Source of the DNA: Flavobacteriales bacterium
GTDB lineage: Bacteria; Bacteroidota; Bacteroidia; NS11-12g; UBA955
Reading direction: 5' to 3'
Assembly (NCBI GenBank): GCA_947463435.1
Contig: CANHTS010000001.1
Span: forward strand, 3,700 to 67,699
Length of the DNA stretch: 64,000 nucleotides
This document shows, piece after piece, positions 57,384 through 64,000 of the stretch. The position numbers and the translations under genes are program-made. Numbering within the stretch: the stretch's first letter is position 1; the number at the start of each line of letters is the position of its first letter. Under the pieces are notes generated by a model. That model searched no databases, was not told the origin of the DNA, and saw only the letters and a program-made list of their open reading frames with translations.

Positions 57384-57881
57384 ATGAACATTGAAAAGAA
57401 CCGCGTGGTGAGCCTTTCCTATACGCTTACCCTTGCCAACGGTGAAGTGGCTGATTCCACGACGGATCAGGATCCCTTCGTATTTATTCACGGAATTGGT
57501 CAGACGCTCGAAGCATTCGACCGCAACCTGGGAGGTTTAAAGGCTGGCGACAGCTTTGAATTTTTGCTCTCAGCAGAAGAAGGTTACGGCGTATCAGACG
57601 CTGAGGCAGTAGTAAGCATCCCTGCCAGCGTATTTCAAGGTCCGGATGTGCCGGAAGGCATTCTTCAGGTAGGTAATATCATACCGATGCAGGATCAGAT
57701 GGGAAATCCCTTGCATGGTCGGGTAATGAGCTTCAACGACGAAGTGGTAACAATGGACTTCAATCATCCGCTGGCCGATCAGAGCTTGAACTTCACAGGC
57801 ACGATCGTAGCGGTACGTGAAGCTTCGGAAGAAGAATTGGATCATGGCCATGTGCATGGCGAGGGTGGGCACCACCATTGA
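57384..57881 (+). CDS. slyD: FKBP-type peptidyl-prolyl cis-trans isomerase SlyD-like
   Basis: ATG verified at 57384; VVSLSYTLTLANGEV...GLKAGDSFEF and His-rich tail HGHVHGEGGHHH. Confidence 0.85.
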   Translation: MNIEKNRVVSLSYTLTLANGEVADSTTDQDPFVFIHGIGQTLEAFDRNLGGLKAGDSFEFLLSAEEGYGVSDAEAVVSIPASVFQGPDVPEGILQVGNIIPMQDQMGNPLHGRVMSFNDEVVTMDFNHPLADQSLNFTGTIVAVREASEEELDHGHVHGEGGHHH

Positions 57882-57907
57882 TTCTGTCAAAGCACAGTAA
57901 CGATTTC

Positions 57908-57938
57908 AGACCTGGCCATAAGCCGGGTCTGTTTGTTT
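57908..57938 (+). terminator. Rho-independent terminator downstream of slyD
   Basis: AGACCTGGC-cataa-GCCGGGTCT (9-bp stem, one G-U) followed by GTTTGTTT. Confidence 0.5.
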
Positions 57939-58038
57939 AAATCCGGGCTGTACGGCAAGTATTCAATACGAAGGCCGGGAGCTGAATGGGATAAGTTAAA
58001 ACATTCATCAGGATGGGAGAGGGGATGAAGGGGGCCTG

Positions 58039-58470
58039 TTGCACCAGCCATTAGCATTCAAGAAATCCTATTTTCGCATCGACCTGAAATTTACTGCTTC
58101 TCTTCAGGCACTGCACCTTCCATTTACCAGCAACGGTATTCCCATCCCTGTTGAAATCTGGTCTGCCTTTCCTGCGGGAAAATGGCGCATGCAGGGTGCC
58201 AGGGTATGCCCTTTAATCTGTCACCAAGACCCTTGGCGGATGGCACCAAATTCCTTACCGTTGGTGGCGGACTGAAAAGGCAGCTGAAGATCCAGATCGG
58301 AGATCCGGTCCCGGTAGAATTTGAATTGGTAGATCCTCGAAATCTCCGAAGTGCTGCAATCTGCCCTGGAATCAGATGAACCGGCGATGGCTGTTTGGAA
58401 GCAGTTTGCCATCGGCTTGCAGCGTAGCCTGGTGCATTACGTCAACGCAATAAAAAAACGGAAAGCCAGA
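58039..58470 (+). pseudogene. DUF1905/YdeI-family gene disrupted by three frameshifts
   Basis: Frame 1 KFTASLQAL...IPIPVEIWSAFPAGKWRMQGARV; then +1 GMPFNLSPRPLADGTKFLTVGGGLKRQLKIQIGDPVPVEFELVD; then another frame EISEVLQSALESDEPAMAVWKQFAIGLQRSLVHYVNAIKKRKAR; after an A7 run, KTESQIKRALEL; together these reconstitute a typical DUF1905+YdeI protein. Confidence 0.5.
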
Positions 58471-58547
58471 TAAAAAGAGCACTTGAACTCACCACCAATA
58501 TGAAGTCGGGCAAATACCCGATTGCACGGAAACGAAAGCAGCCGGCT

Positions 58548-59843
58548 TCAGACTACCCGTATCAGGAAGTATTGCTTTTTGCCCTTCTGTGCGAGCATAA
58601 AGCGTCCGTGCAATAAATCATGCGCGGTAACTGCCCTGTTTTCGGAACTGATTTTCTCCTTGTTCAGACTAAATCCTCCTGCTGAGATCATCTTGCGCGC
58701 TTCTCCCTTGGATGGGAAAACACTGGTTTCAGCTGCCAGGAAATCGAGGATGTTGATACCGGAAACCAGCCTGTCCTTGCTGATATCAAACGCAGGAACA
58801 CCTTCCAGAGCAGCCAACAGGGTGTCGGGATGGATGCCAGCGAGCTGCGCAGCATCACTGTTGCCGAAAAGTATGGCCGCGGCTCCAATGGCAGCTTCCA
58901 GTTCTTCCGCCCCGTGTACGAGTTTCGTCACCTCGGCAGCCAGTTCCTTTTGCAATATGCGCAAATGCGGCGCCTCTGCATGTTCTGCTTCCAGCGCTTC
59001 AATACGCTGACGATCGAGGAAGGTATAAATACGGATGAAACGCGCAGCATCTTCATCGCTTTGGTTCAGCCAGAACTGGTAGAACGCATACGGACTCGTT
59101 CTGATCGGGTCCAGCCACACATTGCCGCCTTCACTTTTGCCAAACTTTGACCCATCCTTGCGCGTCACCAAAGGCGCTGTGATCGCCCAGCCTTCGCCTC
59201 CCGCCATGCGGCGAATGAGTTCCGTGCCGGTGGTGATATTGCCCCATTGGTCGCTTCCGCCCATCTGCAGCTTGCATCCATGGTGGGTGTACAAATGGTA
59301 GAAGTCATATCCCTGAACCAGTTGATAAGTGAACTCTGTGAAAGACATGCCATTGGTCTCCAACCGGTTCCTTACGCTGTCTTTCGCCATCATGTAGTTC
59401 ACGCTAATATGCTTTCCGACGTCGCGTATGAAACCCAAAAAGCTGAAGTCTTTGAACCAGTCGTAGTTGTTCACCACCTGCGCAGCGCAAGGACCTTCAA
59501 ACTCAAGGAATTTTTCCAACTGCTTGCGTTGGCATTCCACATTGTAGCGAATGGTGCCTTCATCCAGCAGCTTCCGTTCCTCACTTTTCCCGGATGGATC
59601 GCCAACCATGCCGGTGGCACCGCCAACGAGCGCAATCGGCCTATGCCCGGAACGCTGCAGGTGCATGAGCAGGATGATGGGAACCAGGTTGCCGATGTGC
59701 AAACTGCTGGCTGTCGGGTCGAAGCCGATATAGCCGCTTATCTGCTCGCTGCGCAGCTTTTTATCGATGCCGGGCATGCTGTCGTGCAGCAGACCCCGCC
59801 AGCGGAGTTCCTCGATCAGATCGTATTGCGGTCGGAATGACAT
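58548..59843 (-). CDS. tyrS: Tyrosine--tRNA ligase
   Basis: ATG verified at 59843 ([19 protein letters not shown]); HIGN motif ([10 protein letters not shown]), KFGKS; C-terminal S4 region. Confidence 0.9.
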   Translation of the reverse strand: MSFRPQYDLIEELRWRGLLHDSMPGIDKKLRSEQISGYIGFDPTASSLHIGNLVPIILLMHLQRSGHRPIALVGGATGMVGDPSGKSEERKLLDEGTIRYNVECQRKQLEKFLEFEGPCAAQVVNNYDWFKDFSFLGFIRDVGKHISVNYMMAKDSVRNRLETNGMSFTEFTYQLVQGYDFYHLYTHHGCKLQMGGSDQWGNITTGTELIRRMAGGEGWAITAPLVTRKDGSKFGKSEGGNVWLDPIRTSPYAFYQFWLNQSDEDAARFIRIYTFLDRQRIEALEAEHAEAPHLRILQKELAAEVTKLVHGAEELEAAIGAAAILFGNSDAAQLAGIHPDTLLAALEGVPAFDISKDRLVSGINILDFLAAETSVFPSKGEARKMISAGGFSLNKEKISSENRAVTAHDLLHGRFMLAQKGKKQYFLIRVV

Positions 59844-59894
59844 AGGCCGCAAAAATAAGCCCCGCTTTCCTGCTTTGCCGTTCCCAATAAGGTA

Positions 59895-61187
59895 ATGATA
59901 TTTGCAACTCCAAAAAAGCCCATGAGTGCCAACGCAGAAAAACAGCACAACCCGCTCGATTCCATGATGCAGCGGTTTGACGAGGCAGCCCGTTTGATGG
60001 GGCTGGACGAAACGGTGATGAACGTACTGAAGGTGCCGGCTAAATCCGTAGCCGTGAACCTGCCCATCACCATGGACGACGGCAGCATCAAAGTCTTCGA
60101 GGGCTTCCGCGTAGTGCACAGCACCCTGCTCGGTCCGAGCAAAGGCGGTGTGCGCTACTCAATGGATGTTCACCAGGATGAAGTGAAAGCACTCGCAGCC
60201 TGGATGACCTGGAAATGCGCAGTCGTAAATATCCCCTACGGCGGTGCCAAAGGCGGTATCAAATGCGATCCCCGCAGCATGAGCAAAGGCGAACTCGAAC
60301 GCCTCACCCGCGCTTACACCCTCGCCTTGAGCGAAATTTTCGGTCCCGATACCGATATCCCCGCTCCCGATATGGGAACCGGCCAACAGGAAATGGCCTG
60401 GATCGTAGACGAATACAGCAAAATCAAAGACCAGAACTCCTGGGGCGTTGTAACTGGTAAACCCCTGATCCTCGGCGGTTCACTCGGCCGTGTGGAAGCA
60501 ACCGGCCGCGGTGTGATGGTGAGCGCGCGCAGCGCCATGGCAAAACTGCAAATGGATCCCACCCAAAGCACCTGCGTGGTGCAGGGTTTCGGTAACGTGG
60601 GCTCCATCTCCGCTAAACTGATCAGCATGCTGGGCGTGAAAATTGTTGGCATCAGCGACGTGAGCGGTGGTTACCATAACCCTGAAGGCATCAATGTGGA
60701 AGAAGCCATCAAATTCGTGCAGAACAATCCGAAACGCACCCTGGAAGGTTTTACCGGCGGAAAGCAGGTTACCAATGCCGAACTGCTGACGCTGCCTTGC
60801 GATATTCTCGTTCCCGCTGCAATGGAAGATCAGATCACCGCGAAAAACGCTGCTGATATCAAGGCAAAACTGATCGTCGAAGGTGCCAATGGCCCGACTA
60901 CAGCCGAAGCCGATCCAATCCTTCAGGAAAAAGGCATCATGGTCGTTCCCGATATCCTGGCCAATGCCGGCGGTGTGACCGTTTCATATTTTGAATGGGT
61001 GCAAAACCGTTTGGGTTACTACTGGACGGAAGAGCGTGTGAATCGCCGTGCCGACCGTGTGATGAAGCAGGCTTTCGATAACGTATACCTCACCGCACAA
61101 AAACACAATACCACCCTGCGCCTGGCTGCCTACATTGTGGCGCTCGACAAGGTGGCCGCTACCTTCCGCATCCGAGGCGGCTTCTGA
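59895..61187 (+). CDS. gdhA: NAD(P)-specific glutamate dehydrogenase
   Basis: KGGVRYS...[11 protein letters not shown] Glu/Leu/Phe/Val dehydrogenase signature; alternative start at 59922 (MSANAEK). Confidence 0.9.
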   Translation: MIFATPKKPMSANAEKQHNPLDSMMQRFDEAARLMGLDETVMNVLKVPAKSVAVNLPITMDDGSIKVFEGFRVVHSTLLGPSKGGVRYSMDVHQDEVKALAAWMTWKCAVVNIPYGGAKGGIKCDPRSMSKGELERLTRAYTLALSEIFGPDTDIPAPDMGTGQQEMAWIVDEYSKIKDQNSWGVVTGKPLILGGSLGRVEATGRGVMVSARSAMAKLQMDPTQSTCVVQGFGNVGSISAKLISMLGVKIVGISDVSGGYHNPEGINVEEAIKFVQNNPKRTLEGFTGGKQVTNAELLTLPCDILVPAAMEDQITAKNAADIKAKLIVEGANGPTTAEADPILQEKGIMVVPDILANAGGVTVSYFEWVQNRLGYYWTEERVNRRADRVMKQAFDNVYLTAQKHNTTLRLAAYIVALDKVAATFRIRGGF

Positions 61188-61197
61188 TTTCGCTGCC

Positions 61198-61851
61198 ATG
61201 TTTCACAAAGAAGGTTACCGCATCATCCTGACTACCACGCTGGCCCTGGCGATTCTCAACGCCGGGCTGTTGTGGGGCCTGGGTGCCAATTGGTTCACTT
61301 ACGGCTTACTGCTCATCTCGCTGGTCTTCTGGGTGCTGGTGCTCCAGTTTTTCAGAAACCCGAAACGAAATACCGTGCTGAATGCACACCATATCATCGC
61401 CCCGGCAGATGGTAAAGTAGTAGTGATAGAGGAAGTGGATGAGCCGGAATATTTCAAAGACAAGCGCCGGCAAATCAGCATCTTTATGTCACCGCTCAAT
61501 GTGCACGTGAACAGGAATCCCATCAGCGGCGTGGTGAAATATGTGCGCTACTATCCGGGTAAATATCTGGTGGCCTGGCATCCAAAAAGCAGCACCGAAA
61601 ACGAACGTACTACCGTAGTAATCGACCAGGGAAGCTATGCCGTGCTGTTCCGCCAGATCGCAGGCGCAGTGGCGCGCCGGATTATCTGGTACTCACGCGA
61701 AGGTCAGGAAGCAAGACAAGGTGCCGATATGGGTTTCATCCGTTTCGGCTCACGTGTCGATGTCTTTGTACCCCTCGATGCAGTAGTGAAAGTGAAGCTG
61801 GGTGATACTATCCGCGGCGGCGAAACAGTCCTCGCCAGCATGCCGGAATAA
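61198..61851 (+). CDS. psd: Phosphatidylserine decarboxylase proenzyme (short type)
   Basis: ATG verified at 61198; N-terminal TMH; C-terminal GFIRFGSRVDVFVP with the autocleavage G-S region. Confidence 0.8.
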   Translation: MFHKEGYRIILTTTLALAILNAGLLWGLGANWFTYGLLLISLVFWVLVLQFFRNPKRNTVLNAHHIIAPADGKVVVIEEVDEPEYFKDKRRQISIFMSPLNVHVNRNPISGVVKYVRYYPGKYLVAWHPKSSTENERTTVVIDQGSYAVLFRQIAGAVARRIIWYSREGQEARQGADMGFIRFGSRVDVFVPLDAVVKVKLGDTIRGGETVLASMPE

Positions 61852-61868
61852 TTCGCCCGCTGAGCAAA

Positions 61869-62315
61869 TCAGCCGAGCAATTCCTTCACCAGCGCGGAAA
61901 TCAGTTTTCCGTCGGCCTGAGAACCGAATGCCTTCATGGCCGCCGGCATTACTTTGCCCAAATCGCGTGGACCGCTGGCTCCGAGTTCAGCTATAACAGA
62001 CTGGATGCCGCTGCGCAACGTAGCTTCATCGAGCGCCGCAGGGAGGTAGGTGTTGATCACTTCCAGTTCCTCACGTTCCTTTTGAGCCAGGTCTTCACGG
62101 CCGGCTTGCTCGTATTGTTCCAGTGAATCTTTGCGCTGTTTAGCCAGTTTCTGCAGTGCTTTGATGCACAGCTCATCGGTCACTTCCGTTCCACCTTCGG
62201 CAGTTTGCAACAGCAGGAATGCGCTTTTCATGCCACGCAAAGTGCGGAGTTTTACCTCATCGCGTGCTTTCATCGCATTTTTGAGGTCTTCGTTGACACG
62301 GTCTATCAGATGCAT
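61869..62315 (-). CDS. GatB/YqeY domain-containing protein
   Basis: 148 aa; [32 protein letters not shown] is typical of the YqeY family. Confidence 0.75.
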   Translation of the reverse strand: MHLIDRVNEDLKNAMKARDEVKLRTLRGMKSAFLLLQTAEGGTEVTDELCIKALQKLAKQRKDSLEQYEQAGREDLAQKEREELEVINTYLPAALDEATLRSGIQSVIAELGASGPRDLGKVMPAAMKAFGSQADGKLISALVKELLG

Positions 62316-62529
62316 GCTGCAAAGTAACCGCAGCGGATGGAATTGCGGAATGAAAAATCGGTCATCTGTAAATCGTGGGCGCCTTAGCGCTTTTGTTTCA
62401 CAAGCCTTATCCTGTTTCCTAATCTATTCGCTTTGCTTTTCCAACGGCCCCTGCAGCGATTTACCCCTCAAATCCAGTTTCTCACGCAGCATCCGCTATA
62501 ATCCCCTTAATTTGCAAGTTCCTACCGAT

Positions 62530-63492
62530 ATGGCAGTAACGTATTTCGACTTTGAAAAGCCCTTGCAGGAACTGCAGGAGCAGCTTGATAAAGCCCGTGA
62601 AACCCACGAAAAGGGAAAGGTGGATATGAGCGAACTGATTTCCCAGCTCGAATCCAAAATAGAAGCTACCCGCAAGGAAGTGTACGGAACCCTGAACGGA
62701 TGGCAGAAAGTGCAGATCAGCCGCCACACGGAAAGGCCATACACCCTCGACTATATCGAGAATATCTGCAGCGACTTCGTGGAATTGCACGGTGATCGCA
62801 ACGTGAAAGACGATAAAGCCATGGTCGGCGGTTTTGCCAGCATCGATGGCGAAAGCGTCATGGTGATTGGCCATCAGAAAGGGCGCAATACCAAACAGCG
62901 CCAGTATCGCAACTTCGGCATGCCCAATCCGGAAGGTTACCGCAAAGCCCTGCGCCTCATGAAGCTGGCTGAGAAGTTCAACAGGCCCATCATCACCTTC
63001 ATCGATACACCCGGTGCAAGTCCGGGACTTGAAGCGGAAGAACGGGGGCAAGGGGAAGCCATCGCCCGCAACCTGCTTGAAATGGCTGTGCTGAAGGTGC
63101 CGGTAATCTGCATCGTAATCGGCGAAGGCGCTTCGGGCGGAGCCTTGGGAATCGGAATCGGCGACCGCGTGCTGATGATGGAATACACCTGGTATTCTGT
63201 TATCTCTCCCGAAAGCTGTTCCTCCATCCTTTGGCGCAGTTGGGATTATAAGGAGCGCGCTGCAGAAGCACTGAAACTGTCGGCCCCCGATATGCTGAAG
63301 AATGGGCTGATCGACGGTATCATCGCTGAACCGCTCGGCGGGGCACACAACGACCCGGCCATAGCCTATAAATCAGTCAAAGACGAAATCAGGCGCCAAC
63401 TGAAGGCGCTTAAAACCCTGTCGGCCGACGAACGCATCGAAACACGCATCGACAAGTTCTCTTCGATGGGTGTGGTGATGGATGGCGAGTAA
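62530..63492 (+). CDS. accA: Acetyl-CoA carboxylase carboxyltransferase subunit alpha
   Basis: ATG verified at 62530 ([12 protein letters not shown]); [23 protein letters not shown] and [18 protein letters not shown] motifs. Confidence 0.9.
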   Translation: MAVTYFDFEKPLQELQEQLDKARETHEKGKVDMSELISQLESKIEATRKEVYGTLNGWQKVQISRHTERPYTLDYIENICSDFVELHGDRNVKDDKAMVGGFASIDGESVMVIGHQKGRNTKQRQYRNFGMPNPEGYRKALRLMKLAEKFNRPIITFIDTPGASPGLEAEERGQGEAIARNLLEMAVLKVPVICIVIGEGASGGALGIGIGDRVLMMEYTWYSVISPESCSSILWRSWDYKERAAEALKLSAPDMLKNGLIDGIIAEPLGGAHNDPAIAYKSVKDEIRRQLKALKTLSADERIETRIDKFSSMGVVMDGE

Positions 63493-63495
63493 AGC

Positions 63496-64000
63496 CTACA
63501 GCGGCTTGCCGGATATAACCTCACACGAAAGCGGACCGGCATTGAAAATGATATCCAGAATACTGATCCTTTCGCTGAAGGGATAAAGCTCCGTGAACCG
63601 CTGGCCGTAGTCGTAAGCGAGAACCGGCAGTTCTGGCCATATTCCGGCATAATCAGCTATCTGCTGAGCCGGTTCAAGATTCAAGACGCGTCTGCAAAAG
63701 GCGTCGGCGGCTTCGCACAGGGCAATAAAGCATTGTGTTGATTCCAATACTTCGGCAAGCAGATAATCGTAATAGGGATAAAAAGGAGCAGTACCGTAGG
63801 CCGTTCGTATGGCCTGCAACGTTTCCCGTTTCCATTTCTCAGGGTCGGCAATTTGCCCCGGGCGTTTTTTTTCAAGGGGAATGCGAAGCGTCTGGATACC
63901 ATTCGGTCCGCGCAGCAAGGTTTGCCTGGCCGCAGGATATTGGGCCGGATTCACACCTGCGCATGCGTACCCTCGCTGCGCCAGCGTATACCAACCTGCT
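63496..64000 (-). CDS. WbqC-family protein, N-terminus beyond window end
   Basis: The reading frame stays open to position 64000 upstream of the track's GTG start; LRGPNGIQTLRIPLEKK and the C-terminal region resemble the WbqC family. Confidence 0.55.
   Translation of the reverse strand, partial: AGWYTLAQRGYACAGVNPAQYPAARQTLLRGPNGIQTLRIPLEKKRPGQIADPEKWKRETLQAIRTAYGTAPFYPYYDYLLAEVLESTQCFIALCEAADAFCRRVLNLEPAQQIADYAGIWPELPVLAYDYGQRFTELYPFSERISILDIIFNAGPLSCEVISGKPL

Noticed and set aside
58522-59010. 162-aa plus-strand ORF
   Set aside because: Shadow frame over the 3' end of tyrS.
62482-63348. 288-aa minus-strand ORF
   Set aside because: Antisense to accA, which has unambiguous carboxyltransferase motifs.
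1-64000. tRNA/rRNA/riboswitch scan
   Set aside because: No GGTTCGAATCC-type T-arm motifs or rRNA-like stretches were seen by eye in the intergenic regions. This cannot be excluded without tRNAscan/Infernal.

Overview
High-GC (about 58%) Bacteroidota chromosomal window, read directly from the sequence on both strands. Housekeeping genes sit at the two ends and in the centre-right: a partial M1 aminopeptidase, a menA-menC operon preceded by an SDR and an FAD oxidoreductase, the S41 protease Ctp, gatA, tatA, frr, slyD, tyrS, gdh, psd and accA. Between them is an accessory stretch rich in type IX secretion system (T9SS) cargo: a 3410-aa SprB-like giant adhesin with a type-B gliding-motility C-terminal domain (CTD); a 1060-aa Calx-beta protein; two paralogous Gly/Asn/Thr-rich proteins of 818 and 1020 aa; a 297-aa protein; and a Tat-signal DUF1501 protein with a T9SS CTD, paired with DUF1800. 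A PorV/PorQ-like beta-barrel is also present. Non-coding highlights: (1) an approximately 1.1-kb leader upstream of the giant adhesin carries a tandem array of about 110-bp units built around a roughly 65-bp element with imperfect terminal inverted repeats, and a dispersed copy sits at 43.8 kb; (2) that dispersed copy lies beside a low-GC islet encoding a YhcG/DUF1016 PD-(D/E)xK nuclease with no canonical start codon; (3) a DUF1905/YdeI gene between slyD and tyrS carries three frameshifts; (4) three strong terminator hairpins, two between convergent genes and one downstream of the 1020-aa gene, with the preceding U-tract on the transcribed strand. No rRNA, tRNA or CRISPR array could be supported. 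All gene starts were checked codon by codon where stated. Family assignments come from recognised motifs, not database searches.
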